Source: Spirochaetia bacterium (GTDB taxonomy: Bacteria; Spirochaetota; Spirochaetia; UBA9216). Taken from it: a DNA stretch of 64,000 bases. The stretch covers positions 1 to 64,000 of the forward strand of contig OY776510.1 of assembly GCA_963675665.1 (NCBI GenBank), read 5' to 3'. Of this stretch, positions 1 to 10,255 are shown one piece after another; position 1 is the stretch's first letter, and each line of letters starts with the position of its first letter. The notes under the pieces were generated by a model, which was not told where the DNA came from, did no database searches, and saw only the letters and a list, made by a program, of their open reading frames with translations. The translations under genes were made by a program, and so were the position numbers.

Positions 1-163
1 TGTAGAACCGATACGCTACCTGCCCATGCATACAATAACCTCAAAAGATGCTGACGATTATCTGCCTGCCCAGTGGTAAGATAACAGCTGCCGGAAAATA
101 ATCCCTGTAACAATAATATCTTGAAATTTTTATTAATACATGACTTTTTTTGTAAGTTTTTAC

Positions 164-192
164 TTGACATATTAGGCGTGCCATATTATATT
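164..192 (+). promoter_or_regulatory. sigma70-type promoter for the small ORF at 228
   Basis: TTGACA (164-169), 17-nt spacer, TATATT (187-192). Confidence 0.6.
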
Positions 193-227
193 AGTAATAT
201 AAAACAAATAGTGCAAGGGGGCACAAA

Positions 228-392
228 ATGACTGAAAAAGAAAGAATGAAAAAAAATCTTGAGAGTAGTTTGTTGATGCCTTTTGTAGGTAGTTCGCCGT
301 TCAGGGGAAACTCTGATAAATATAGAAAATTTAAAAGTAAAAAAGAAGGAATTGCAGAATATCCTGCTGTCGGATTTACACTTTACGGATAA
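228..392 (+). CDS. small hypothetical protein, 54 aa (not in the ORF track)
   Basis: ATG..TAA read by hand: MTEKERMKKNLESSLLMPFVGSSPFRGNSDKYRKFKSKKEGIAEYPAVGFTLYG; AAGGGGG RBS; upstream promoter and downstream terminator. Confidence 0.5.
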   Translation: MTEKERMKKNLESSLLMPFVGSSPFRGNSDKYRKFKSKKEGIAEYPAVGFTLYG

Positions 393-427
393 TCCGGTCA
401 AATAACCATCTGACCCTCTCTCCTCCG

Positions 428-465
428 GGACGAATCATACTTTTGTATGGTTCGTCCTTTCTTTT
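428..465 (+). terminator. intrinsic terminator
   Basis: GGACGAATCATAC-TTTT-GTATGGTTCGTCC stem followed by TTTCTTTT. Confidence 0.7.
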
Positions 466-477
466 GGTAAAAGTCTG

Positions 478-2769
478 TTAATACCGGAAAAGTTCTCCGG
501 CCTGCTCAACAGTATAAACAGCCAGGGCTGAATCAGAAAATTGTTTGCACTCCTGAACACGCAACCCGGCGGCATACTTTTTAAGCGCCGGTATTTTCAG
601 CGGATCAACGCTGAATTTTCGCATGCCGAGCCCTACAAGATATCGAAAAAATACAGGATCGGCAGCAGCTTCTCCGCAGACTGATAATTCAGTGCCGTCG
701 GAATTGGCCTGACGGACTATTTTTTCGAGACTCCGTAGTATTGCCGGGTGGCTGGCCGTATACAAATCTTTTACCCGTTCGTTTGTCCGGTCAACCGCCA
801 GAGTGTACATTATCAGGTCGTTGGTGCCGATACTGAGAAAATCCGCTTCAGACGACAACTCTGCAATTATTTCAACTGCCGCCGGGAGTTCGACCATTGC
901 TCCGATTGCCGGGGTTTCATTAAGAACAGCCCCTTCTTTCTTCAAATTACCGATGCTCTCATATACCCTTGTTTTTGCCTGCCGGAATTCGTCAAGACTC
1001 GAAACCATCGGAAACATAATTTTTAGCTCACGGCCGGCCCCCGCCCTCAGCATGGCCCTGATTTGATCCTGAAATATCTCGGGATGACCAAGCGAGAACC
1101 TGATACCGCGGAACCCCAGAAACGGGTTTGCTTCCGTAATTGTACTGGTATATCCGGGCATCTTGTCGCCACCGATATCCAGTGTTCTGAAAACACATTC
1201 GGCATCGCCGTTTTTATTCAGTATCGTACGGTAAATCCTGTATTGTTCCTCTTCCGAAGGGAATTCGTTCCTTACGAGAAACGGAAATTCACTTCGATAT
1301 AATCCTATCCCGTCGGCTTTAAACTCGCGGGCCGTTTCAACATCATGAATAATATTAATATTGGCCTGAATCTTTAATTCGGTTCCGTCGGCTGTTACCA
1401 AGTCAGCAGGAACATCTTCAATCGAGATTACTTCTGTTTTCCTGACTGCGGTTTCATATCTTGAGCAAATTTCTTCCGAAGGATTAATGTAAACCATCTC
1501 TGTACCGGAATCCATCAGAATTTCCGCTCTGTCCCGTACCGATAAAATCCTTTTATCGTCTGTCATAATAAGCGGAAGCGAAAGAGATCGGGCCAAAATT
1601 GAAATATGGGCTGTTATTCCGCTTCCGAAAAGGACCAGTCCTCTTGCCTTCTGAAGCCATATCTTAACCAGTTCCGACGGAAAAATATTTTCCGCAATTA
1701 CAATATTTGAAGAGTAATCTGCAGATTCAAACAATTTACCGTACAGATTGGCAAGCAGCCGGTGTTCAAGGTCACGAATATCCTGAACCTTCTCCTGTAC
1801 TCCGGGCATATCCGAGTTAACAAAAATATCAACATAACGGGCTGTAACGGTTTTTACCGCATCGTCGGGTTTTGCGCCGTCCATAATAAGTTTCCGCATC
1901 TCGCCCGTAAAATTCTCATCTCTGAGCATCAGAAAATGAGCAGTAAAAATCATTCCGGCTACATCGGACAGGGATTCGTCGGTATTGGACTGAAGCTCTT
2001 CAAGCTGTTTCATGGACAGCTCAAGCGCTCCGTCGAAAGCAGCTGTATCCAGTTCAACACATTCATCCGGAGCTTCATCAGGATCAGCACAACCTTCAAG
2101 CTGGTCGCCGCCGGTAAGATTATTATACGCTATTTCAGAAGATTCACTGCGCCGGTTAAGGATAAAAGCAAGGCCTTTAACAGCGTGCACCCCCTCTCCG
2201 GTTCCGCGAAGCACCAGGTTCTGAGATGATCCGTCTTCCTTTTTCTTCTCGCCCAGATGCATCAACATCTGACTGTTTTCTATTGAAGCGGCAAGCTGCG
2301 AAGCTATGGCCTTGAGGGCCGCAGTATCACGTTTTGTAAAATAATCCGGCTGCTTGTGCTGAAGCGTTATTACGCCGATTCTGCTTAGACCCTTCTTAAT
2401 CGGAACCGCCAGAAAAGCTTCATATTTTTCTTCGTTAATATCCTTGAAATATTTAAAAGCCGGGTTCAGGGCCGCTCTTGCCTCTCGAATCGGCCGTAAC
2501 TCTTTCAGGGCAGTTCCGGTGATTCCTTCGCCGGGTTTCAGTCTGACTTCATTTATGGAACTCGGTGACAGGCCGACAGTTGCCCGAAGAACGAGTTCCT
2601 GCCGGTATTCATCATACAGGTAAATCGAACAGACATCTGCATTCATGTGTGTCGCAACCATTTCGGCAATATCCTGCAGCAACGTATTAAGACTGCTCTT
2701 TTTATCAAAAACCGAGGTGAGTTCCGAGGCGCTTACTATTAAATCGATGTTATCCCGTCTTCTGTTCAT
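478..2769 (-). CDS. ptsP: GAF-domain PEP-protein phosphotransferase (enzyme I-Ntr like)
   Basis: N-terminal GAF (ADVCSIYLYD, GEGITG), phospho-His loop GITAHISILARS, GIGLYRSEF, RTLDIGGDK, EANPFLGFRGIR, SIGTNDL, SVCGE. Confidence 0.93.
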   Translation of the reverse strand: MNRRRDNIDLIVSASELTSVFDKKSSLNTLLQDIAEMVATHMNADVCSIYLYDEYRQELVLRATVGLSPSSINEVRLKPGEGITGTALKELRPIREARAALNPAFKYFKDINEEKYEAFLAVPIKKGLSRIGVITLQHKQPDYFTKRDTAALKAIASQLAASIENSQMLMHLGEKKKEDGSSQNLVLRGTGEGVHAVKGLAFILNRRSESSEIAYNNLTGGDQLEGCADPDEAPDECVELDTAAFDGALELSMKQLEELQSNTDESLSDVAGMIFTAHFLMLRDENFTGEMRKLIMDGAKPDDAVKTVTARYVDIFVNSDMPGVQEKVQDIRDLEHRLLANLYGKLFESADYSSNIVIAENIFPSELVKIWLQKARGLVLFGSGITAHISILARSLSLPLIMTDDKRILSVRDRAEILMDSGTEMVYINPSEEICSRYETAVRKTEVISIEDVPADLVTADGTELKIQANINIIHDVETAREFKADGIGLYRSEFPFLVRNEFPSEEEQYRIYRTILNKNGDAECVFRTLDIGGDKMPGYTSTITEANPFLGFRGIRFSLGHPEIFQDQIRAMLRAGAGRELKIMFPMVSSLDEFRQAKTRVYESIGNLKKEGAVLNETPAIGAMVELPAAVEIIAELSSEADFLSIGTNDLIMYTLAVDRTNERVKDLYTASHPAILRSLEKIVRQANSDGTELSVCGEAAADPVFFRYLVGLGMRKFSVDPLKIPALKKYAAGLRVQECKQFSDSALAVYTVEQAGELFRY

Positions 2770-2893
2770 TAGTTCATAAGGTAAGTCATTATGACAAATT
2801 AGTCAAATAAATCACTCCGTGCAGCAACCTCTCCCGGTTCCAAACGGTTTACATCGATACAATTTCATCATAGAATCGAAACGGAGGCGGCTA

Positions 2894-4492
2894 TTGAACC
2901 GAATTACTATCTTTCATTATCACCTGCTTCCGGGAGGAGTAACCAATGTTATCCTTCTCGGGGCCAAAGCGCTCATCAGACATTTTCCCAACCTGCAGCT
3001 GCTGCGGATTGTCTGCGGAACAACCGAAAACACCGATAAAATTCGTTCAACTTTATTACAGGAGATAGACGCCTCCGGACTGATAGCAGATTCACTGAAA
3101 TTTGAGATTTGTATAGAACCTGAAATCGGATATTCCACATACGGGGAAAAAATTTCGTCATCACAAGCAGAAAGGCTGTCCCGTAAGCTTCTGGATAAGT
3201 ATGGAGACAGTTTCTGGTGGATACACAATTATCAGCTGGGAAAAAATCCTCTGTTCACTGCAGCGATAGTACACATTTCAAAAAATGTACCGGATCAGAA
3301 GATGTTGCTGCATATTCACGATTTTCCAGAATGCGCGCGTTATGACAATCTTGAAAAATTGAAAACGGCCGGCGTTGAAAACCCGTATCCGCAGGCTGCA
3401 GGCACCGCTTATTGTGTAATCAACAGCCGGGATGAAAGCATTCTGAAAGAGGCAGGACTTACCGGCAGCAGGGTTTATCTGCTGAACAACCCCGTCGAAG
3501 AGGAAAGTTCTGCACAAGCCGCAGTTTCTGTTGAAGAAGCCGGTATTCTGAAAAAAAGATTATACAGCTGTTACAGCAATGCTTTTCCGGGAATTAATCC
3601 CGAAGCAAAGATGATATTCTACCCGGTCAGAACCATTCGCAGGAAAAACGCGCTTGAAGCCGGTTTAATTGCTGCAGTTTCCGAGCTTCCGGTTAACCTG
3701 GTAATCAGCCTTCCGGGAGTCTCTGCACAGGAAAAAGCATATTCGGAACTTTGCGAAAGCTGTTTCCGGAAGGGCCTGATACCCGGCATCTGGGGTTCCG
3801 GTTCCGACAGCAGCCCGGATGTCCCTGCATATCCCATAATGCTGCAACTCTGCGATATGATTCTATCCTCTTCCGTGCAGGAGGGTTTCGGTTACCTTTT
3901 TATAAACTCGGTTCAGCTTGGAAAGCCGCTTATGGCGCGGAATCTTGATATTCTGAGCGGAATATCAGGGGTATTTCCGCCGGAAAGAACATATTTCTAT
4001 AACGGAGTCTCGGTACCGGTAAACAAAACAGATGCTGAAGCGATTCGAAATCGCTATGCGGAGAAACTCTCTTCACTTGGTGATTTAATTTCAGAAGACG
4101 TAATTGAATCGGTACGTACCGGTATTAACAGTCTTGGAAACAGTGGCGTAATCGATTTTTCATTTCTGCCGGTTGAATTACAGGCTGATATTCTTGCAAG
4201 GGTTAAGAATTCCGAAAAAGAAACTAAAGAGATTCATGATTTAAATAAAAACCTTATGGCCGGATTTTACAGACTCCTGAAAACGGGAAATTATAAATCG
4301 GCCGGCAATAACGGGGAATTCAGCCTGTATGCTCATTCAAAAACAGTGGAACATATAATAAATGAACTGTATAATTCCAATGCGGGGTCGGATATTCCGC
4401 TTAAAATCAGCAATCAGGATCGTACAATCCAGCAGAACCTGCTTGACCGGTTCGCCGAACCTGAATACATGAGGCTCCTCTATGATTTTTAA
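2894..4492 (+). CDS. glycosyltransferase (GT-B/family 4-like)
   Basis: HYHLLPGGVT, HNYQLGKN, RTIRRKN, SVQEGFGY motifs; start moved to TTG 2894 after GGAGG. Confidence 0.75.
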   Translation: MNRITIFHYHLLPGGVTNVILLGAKALIRHFPNLQLLRIVCGTTENTDKIRSTLLQEIDASGLIADSLKFEICIEPEIGYSTYGEKISSSQAERLSRKLLDKYGDSFWWIHNYQLGKNPLFTAAIVHISKNVPDQKMLLHIHDFPECARYDNLEKLKTAGVENPYPQAAGTAYCVINSRDESILKEAGLTGSRVYLLNNPVEEESSAQAAVSVEEAGILKKRLYSCYSNAFPGINPEAKMIFYPVRTIRRKNALEAGLIAAVSELPVNLVISLPGVSAQEKAYSELCESCFRKGLIPGIWGSGSDSSPDVPAYPIMLQLCDMILSSSVQEGFGYLFINSVQLGKPLMARNLDILSGISGVFPPERTYFYNGVSVPVNKTDAEAIRNRYAEKLSSLGDLISEDVIESVRTGINSLGNSGVIDFSFLPVELQADILARVKNSEKETKEIHDLNKNLMAGFYRLLKTGNYKSAGNNGEFSLYAHSKTVEHIINELYNSNAGSDIPLKISNQDRTIQQNLLDRFAEPEYMRLLYDF

Positions 4493-5708
4493 AAAAACGG
4501 CAGCTGCGGTTCTGCTGCTACTGCTTGCGCTTTTACCTGCCTTCTCCGACGAGAATGTTGCGGAAAATGATCTTGAAATAAGTATAGCTTTCATCGGACC
4601 TGCAGACCCGTTATATTCCTGGTGGGGCCATGTTGCCATCATCGTTGATAATATAAACACCGGAGCCGCAAAATACTACGACTACGGAAATTTCTCATTT
4701 GAACAGGATTCGTTTGTCCGGAATTTTATCATGGGACGCCTCTATTTTCTTAAAATGGGCTCCAGCCCGGACAGGCAGCTGAGATATTCGGCCTTTTTAA
4801 ACCGTGATGTAACAATCTACAAACTAAATACATCTTCCGAAAACGCTTATAAACTGTATAAATTTCTTGAAAATGATATTTTGCCGGAAAACCGGGTTTA
4901 CCTGTATGACCATTTCTATGATAACTGTGCTACCCGTATACGCGACATGATGGATATAATAACCGACGGCGAATTCAGCACAACCTATAATACCGTATCT
5001 GATAAAACACTGCGCACCCAACTGAGGCGGTTTACATACTCACATCCGTTTATGGACTGGCTGCTTAATTTCGCTATCGGAGGTACAATCGACATACCTG
5101 CAACCGAATATGAAGGGATGTTTCTGCCGCATGAGCTTGAACGTGGAATTGCATCGATGACTCTGTATGACGGTTCCGGCAGCCCTGTTCCGTTTGCAAG
5201 AGAAAAAATCATATATAATAGAGCCGAAGGGCGCCCCGAAATACCTGATTATCCGCCGCAGCGCTGGTTATACGGCCTTGCTGTCGGGCTGGCTCTGGCT
5301 CTGCCTGCCTGGCTGTTAAGACGTGGAAGCTCCCGAAGAAAGCTTAAACGCAACAGTCTTGCCGCTTTCAGCGCAGTTCTTTCGCTGGCGCTGGCTGTTC
5401 CGGGAATACTTCTCTTTTTTATGGCCTTTTTCACCAATCACACATTCACCTACCGGGATATGAATCTTCTTTTCGTAAACCCTTTTCTGTTCGTCACCTT
5501 TATAATATCGCTCAGACTGCTTGTTCGCCCAAAAGCTTCTCTGCGTTCGCTTTATTGCTGCTGGAAAGTGACCCTGGCGGGCGCCGTTCTTTCAATTATT
5601 CTTAAACTTGTACCGTTTTTAAGACAGAATAACTGGGAAACCCTGATGCTGATCCTGCCTGTTGCAATTGTTCTCAGCGGCATTGGGCAAAGAGATGTAA
5701 CGACATAA
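4482..5708 (+). CDS. DUF4105/Lnb-like membrane protein
   Basis: signal peptide, WGH, YDYGNF, YLYDHFYDNCATRIRD, C-terminal TM helices. Confidence 0.8.
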   Translation: MIFKKTAAAVLLLLLALLPAFSDENVAENDLEISIAFIGPADPLYSWWGHVAIIVDNINTGAAKYYDYGNFSFEQDSFVRNFIMGRLYFLKMGSSPDRQLRYSAFLNRDVTIYKLNTSSENAYKLYKFLENDILPENRVYLYDHFYDNCATRIRDMMDIITDGEFSTTYNTVSDKTLRTQLRRFTYSHPFMDWLLNFAIGGTIDIPATEYEGMFLPHELERGIASMTLYDGSGSPVPFAREKIIYNRAEGRPEIPDYPPQRWLYGLAVGLALALPAWLLRRGSSRRKLKRNSLAAFSAVLSLALAVPGILLFFMAFFTNHTFTYRDMNLLFVNPFLFVTFIISLRLLVRPKASLRSLYCCWKVTLAGAVLSIILKLVPFLRQNNWETLMLILPVAIVLSGIGQRDVTT

Positions 5709-5750
5709 TAACAATTTTATCGGCCACCGGCCGAAACATCAAACCTCACC

Positions 5751-5779
5751 TTGTATCTTTTGTTTTTTCTTACTATAAT
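5751..5779 (+). promoter_or_regulatory. sigma70 promoter of por
   Basis: TTGTAT-N17-TATAAT. Confidence 0.6.
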
Positions 5780-5820
5780 GGGAGCCATCAAAACACATAT
5801 AATTAATGGAAGGGATACAA

Positions 5821-8800
5821 ATGGCTAATAAGAAAATGGTTACCATAGACGGTAATACCGCGGCGGCCCATGTAGCGTACGCTTTCAGTGAGGTGGCGGC
5901 GATTTACCCGATCACCCCCTCTTCTCCCATGGGAGAATATTCTGATTCCTGGGCTTCTACAGGAAGAAAAAACATTTTTGACAAGAAAGTAGATGTTATA
6001 GAGATGCAGTCAGAGGCCGGAGCGGCCGGTGCTGTTCACGGAACTCTGAGCGGCGGCGCACTTACCACTACTTTTACCGCATCACAGGGACTGCTTCTGA
6101 TGATACCAAACATGCATAAAATCGCCGGGGAAATGCTTCCGACAGTTTTTCATGTTTCAGCACGTTCACTTGCGCACCAGTCGCTGTCAATATTCGGCGA
6201 TCACTCGGACGTAATGTCCACCAGGAACACCGGTTTTGCAATGACGGCTGCCGCAAGCATCCAGGAAACAATGGACATGGCGCTTGTTGCTCATCTTGCA
6301 ACACTTAAATCAGAAGTGCCGTTCCTGTCATTCTTTGACGGTTTCAGAACTTCTCACGAGATAATGAAGGTTGAAGAGATTTCATATGAAGATATGGCAA
6401 CTCTGGTAGAACCTGAATACATCGAGCGATTCAGAAACAGGGCAATGAGACCTGAAGCCCCGATTATCAAAGTCGCCGCCCAGAATCCCGACGTTTATTT
6501 CCAGGGCCGTGAAACTACAAACCTGTACTATGACAAGGTTCCTGCAATTGTTCAGGAATACATGGACAAAGTTGCCAAACTTACCGGCCGCCAGTATCAC
6601 CTTTTTGACTACGTAGGCGCTCCCGATGCTGAAAAAATCATCATTGCAATGGGATCAGGCTGCGATACAATAGACATTACCGTAAAGGCGATGATTGCTG
6701 CCGGCGAAAAAGTCGGAGCTATCAAGGTAAGACTTTACAGACCATTTTCTGCGGAAGCATTTGTTGCAGCAATTCCTGCAAGCGTTAAAAAGATTGCCGT
6801 ACTCGACAGAACAAAAGAACCCGGTTCACTCGGCGAACCTCTTTACCTCGATGTAAAGGCTGTTCTTGCCGGCAAAGACATTGAAGTAATCGGCGGACGC
6901 TACGGTCTGTCTTCAAAAGAATTCACCCCCAACCATGTCAAGGCTGTTTTCACTCACCTTGACGGCGCTGCTTTCAACGGATTCACAGTAGGCATCAAAG
7001 ACGATGTAAGCAACAAGTCAATCGAAGTCAAAGACGACATGAAAGCAGTTCCTGAAGACGTTGTCTCATGTATGTTCTGGGGATTAGGTTCAGACGGCAC
7101 AGTCGGCGCCAATAAAAACTCAATCAAGATTATCGGTGACAACACAGAGATGAACGCCCAGGGTTACTTTGACTACGACTCAAAGAAATCAGGCGGTATC
7201 ACAATATCTCACCTAAGATTCGGAAAAAGTCCTGTTAACTTCCCCTGGCTTATTACAAAAGCTGACTTCGTAGCCTGTTCAAACCCGTCATACATCGGAC
7301 GTTATGACATGCTTGGTCCGCTGAAAGAAGGCGGGGTCTTCCTGTTGAACTCTGTAGTTCCTGCAGATGAAGTATTTTATCATCTCACGGAAGCTGAGCA
7401 GAAAATCATGATTGACCGAAAGATTAATTTTTACTGCATGAACGCCTATGATGTTGCCGCTGAAGTGGGACTTGGAAACAGAACCAATACTCTTATGCAG
7501 GCTGCGTTCTTCAAGATTTCAGGAATCCTTCCCGAACAGGAAGCCATCGACCTGATGAAAGCTGCCGTAAAGAAAACCTTTATTAAAAAGGGCGAAGATA
7601 TCGTCAAGATGAACTGGAACGCAATCGATAAAGCTGCTGAAGCTCTTCAGAAGGTTGAAGTTCCTTCATCGTTACCCGGAAAATACTACACAGCGCCGCA
7701 ACTGATAGCTGACGACGCCGACGACTTTGCAAAGAACGTTATAGATAAAGTTATGCACCTTAAGGGAAATGATATTCCTGTTTCCCAGATGTCTATTGAC
7801 GGAACACTGCCTTCGGGAACTACAAAACTCGAAAAGCGCGGAGTTGCACCCCGCGTGCCCAACTGGATCAATGATAACTGTATCCAGTGTAACCAGTGTG
7901 TACAGTCCTGTCCGCATGCGGCAATCAGGGCTAAAATGATTGAAGGCGACAAGATGTCGGGTGCTCCCGATACATTTGACGCTGTAGACTACAAAGCAGC
8001 CAAGGGCGCCGACCTTAAATACAAAATTCAGGTCTTTGTCGAAGACTGTCAGGGCTGCGGCGTATGTATCGAAACATGTCCGGCAAAAACAAAAGCCCTC
8101 GAATGGAGTACTATCGAAGCAGAAAGAGAAGCCGGTGAGAACGCCAATGAAGCATTCTTTGAAACCCTTCCTTACGGCGCAATCGACGGTTCTTCCGAAG
8201 ATAACGTAAAGGGAATGCAGTTCAGACAGCCGCTGTTCGAGTTCTCCGGAGCCTGTGCAGGATGCGGTGAAACACCATACGTTAAACTGGTTACCCAGGT
8301 TTGCGGCGACAGAATGATCGTTGCCAACGCAACCGGATGTTCTTCCATCTACGGCGGAACTTTTCCGACTATTCCTTACTGCAAAAATGAACTCGGACGC
8401 GGTCCTGCATGGGGCAACTCGCTTTTCGAGGATAATGCCGAGTACGGTTTCGGAATGAGACTTGCTGTAGACTCCAACAGAACACTACTGAAAGTGAATG
8501 TTGACAAGGCTCTGAAGCTCGGCGTATCCGGCGGACTTGCCGGAGCACTAAAAGCCCAGATGGACATCTGGACAGCTAATGACGCAGCAGCCATTGAAGG
8601 TCAGAAAAACCTCGGCGAACTGGTTAAAGCAGAAGCAGGAAAAGCAACAGGCGAACTGAAACCTGTTCTTGCAAAGATTGCAGAGCTTAAAGACTACTTT
8701 GTTGATAAATCTGTATGGATCTTCGGCGGAGACGGATGGGCATACGACATCGGCTACAGCGGAGTTGATCATGTATGTGCGATGGGCAAGAATGTTAACA

Positions 8801-9345
8801 TCCTTGTACTTGACACCGAGGTTTACTCAAATACCGGCGGCCAGGCATCCAAAGCTACGCCGATTGCGGCAGTTGCCAAATTTGCCAATGCAGGCATGCA
8901 GCTTACAAAAAAAAACATGGGCTTCATGTGTATGAGCTACGGCTATGTTTATGTAGCATCAATTGCAATGGGCGCAAACAGGGCCCAGGCTCAGAAGGCA
9001 ATCATGGAAGCTGAAGCATACGACGGACCTTCAATCATCTTTGCTTACGCTCCGTGTATCAACCACGGTATTGATATGTCCAAATCACAGCTTGAAGAAA
9101 AGCGTGCAGTAGATTCAGGCTACTGGCCTCTGTACCGCTACAACCCGGCTGCCGAAGAAGGCAAGAAATTCACATGGGAAACAAAAGACCCGACAGAATC
9201 CTTCCAGGACTTCATCAGAAGTGAAAGACGCTACACAGCGCTTCAGACAACCAACCCTGAACACGCTGAAGAACTCTTCGCAAGGGCTGAAGAAGACGCT
9301 AAAAAGAGGATGGCTTTCTACAAGAAGCTTGGGGATATAATGTAA
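5821..9345 (+). CDS. nifJ: pyruvate:ferredoxin (flavodoxin) oxidoreductase
   Basis: IYPITPSS, QSEAGAAG, FWGLGSDGTVGANK, two 4Fe-4S motifs (CIQCNQC, CQGCGVC), GACAGCGE, GGDGWAYDIG TPP motif. Confidence 0.97.
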   Translation: MANKKMVTIDGNTAAAHVAYAFSEVAAIYPITPSSPMGEYSDSWASTGRKNIFDKKVDVIEMQSEAGAAGAVHGTLSGGALTTTFTASQGLLLMIPNMHKIAGEMLPTVFHVSARSLAHQSLSIFGDHSDVMSTRNTGFAMTAAASIQETMDMALVAHLATLKSEVPFLSFFDGFRTSHEIMKVEEISYEDMATLVEPEYIERFRNRAMRPEAPIIKVAAQNPDVYFQGRETTNLYYDKVPAIVQEYMDKVAKLTGRQYHLFDYVGAPDAEKIIIAMGSGCDTIDITVKAMIAAGEKVGAIKVRLYRPFSAEAFVAAIPASVKKIAVLDRTKEPGSLGEPLYLDVKAVLAGKDIEVIGGRYGLSSKEFTPNHVKAVFTHLDGAAFNGFTVGIKDDVSNKSIEVKDDMKAVPEDVVSCMFWGLGSDGTVGANKNSIKIIGDNTEMNAQGYFDYDSKKSGGITISHLRFGKSPVNFPWLITKADFVACSNPSYIGRYDMLGPLKEGGVFLLNSVVPADEVFYHLTEAEQKIMIDRKINFYCMNAYDVAAEVGLGNRTNTLMQAAFFKISGILPEQEAIDLMKAAVKKTFIKKGEDIVKMNWNAIDKAAEALQKVEVPSSLPGKYYTAPQLIADDADDFAKNVIDKVMHLKGNDIPVSQMSIDGTLPSGTTKLEKRGVAPRVPNWINDNCIQCNQCVQSCPHAAIRAKMIEGDKMSGAPDTFDAVDYKAAKGADLKYKIQVFVEDCQGCGVCIETCPAKTKALEWSTIEAEREAGENANEAFFETLPYGAIDGSSEDNVKGMQFRQPLFEFSGACAGCGETPYVKLVTQVCGDRMIVANATGCSSIYGGTFPTIPYCKNELGRGPAWGNSLFEDNAEYGFGMRLAVDSNRTLLKVNVDKALKLGVSGGLAGALKAQMDIWTANDAAAIEGQKNLGELVKAEAGKATGELKPVLAKIAELKDYFVDKSVWIFGGDGWAYDIGYSGVDHVCAMGKNVNILVLDTEVYSNTGGQASKATPIAAVAKFANAGMQLTKKNMGFMCMSYGYVYVASIAMGANRAQAQKAIMEAEAYDGPSIIFAYAPCINHGIDMSKSQLEEKRAVDSGYWPLYRYNPAAEEGKKFTWETKDPTESFQDFIRSERRYTALQTTNPEHAEELFARAEEDAKKRMAFYKKLGDIM

Positions 9346-9537
9346 TTTAGCCTCCGGCTAAATTACATTTTGGAGTTTTGCCTTCGGCGAAACGTCCATA
9401 ATATTTAATTCCGATAACGGGCCGTGCATCATCGGGTGTGCGGCCTTTTTATTTGGCCATACTACAGCTTGACAAATTTTGCCACTGATTTCCACGAATG
9501 AATATTGGGTATACGCAAGGCAGAGATTATTAAGAAA
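8923..9537 (+). repeat. left copy of ~615-bp imperfect direct repeat (por 3' end plus downstream ~190 bp)
   Basis: aligns by eye to 29141-29756 from TTCATGTG to TTAAGAAA, with scattered mostly synonymous differences. Confidence 0.95.
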
Positions 9538-9762
9538 ATATGTTTAGCAGTAACTTAACATTGATTGACTACTTAAACTTTTATCTTTCATTTTTTTACG
9601 TAAGAATATGAAGGTTACATACGTATTAAAACTATTCCGCCCTGCCTGCCTTTGCCCTATTCAGATTTGTGGACTGCTTCTTTGCTCTACCCTAACATCA
9701 GTAGCCAAAATAATATGTTACAGTTTATAGCCACAAAATCCTGTTACTCCTTCAGATTTTTC

Positions 9763-9847
9763 ATTTTACACTCCGTTTTCCGATTCTCAAGGGCAAGACA
9801 AGTAAAATGGCTGCGCCATTTCCCCCTTGACAATCAGAAAAGCGGAG
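9763..9847 (-). promoter_or_regulatory. conserved hairpin upstream of GxxExxY copy 1 (putative ssDNA promoter)
   Basis: CTCCGTTTTCCGATTCTCAAGGG pairs with CCCTTGACAATCAGAAAAGCGGAG; inner TGGC-GCA-GCCA hairpin on the minus strand; TTGAGA-N16-TAAAAT on the minus strand. Confidence 0.6.
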
Positions 9848-9882
9848 CTGTCGCTGGAATGTGAAATTTCAGGAGGTACAGT

Positions 9883-10248
9883 ATGGTTCTGTATAAAGAG
9901 TTAAGTTATCAAATTATAGGCTGCTGCATGCAGGTACACAAAGGGCTCGGTTGCGGCCTGCTTGAGCAGTGTTATCACAACGCTCTTTATTTTGAGCTTA
10001 AGGAAGCAGGATTTCAGGTGCGTTATAATGCTCCGTATGAGGTAAAATATAAAGGCAATACCGTCGGTGAATATCTTGCCGACCTTGTCGTTGAGGGAAA
10101 AATTATCCTTGACCTGAAGTCCGTAAAACAATTGGCAGAGACTCATCAGGCGCAGTTAATCAATTATCTGCGCATTTCCGGTTGCCGTGTAGGTTACCTG
10201 CTTAATTTTCAGACCTGCAGGCTTGAGTTTCAGCGGTTTGTGGTGTGA
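9883..10248 (+). CDS. GxxExxY protein (PD-(D/E)XK nuclease-like), copy 1
   Basis: GLLEQCY, ADLVVEGKIILDLK, AQLINYL, GYLLNF; AGGAGG RBS. Confidence 0.92.
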   Translation: MVLYKELSYQIIGCCMQVHKGLGCGLLEQCYHNALYFELKEAGFQVRYNAPYEVKYKGNTVGEYLADLVVEGKIILDLKSVKQLAETHQAQLINYLRISGCRVGYLLNFQTCRLEFQRFVV

Positions 10249-10255
10249 GCCCTTA

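Noticed and set aside
186-401. 71-aa minus-strand ORF
   Set aside because: promoter, RBS and terminator all support the + strand ORF instead
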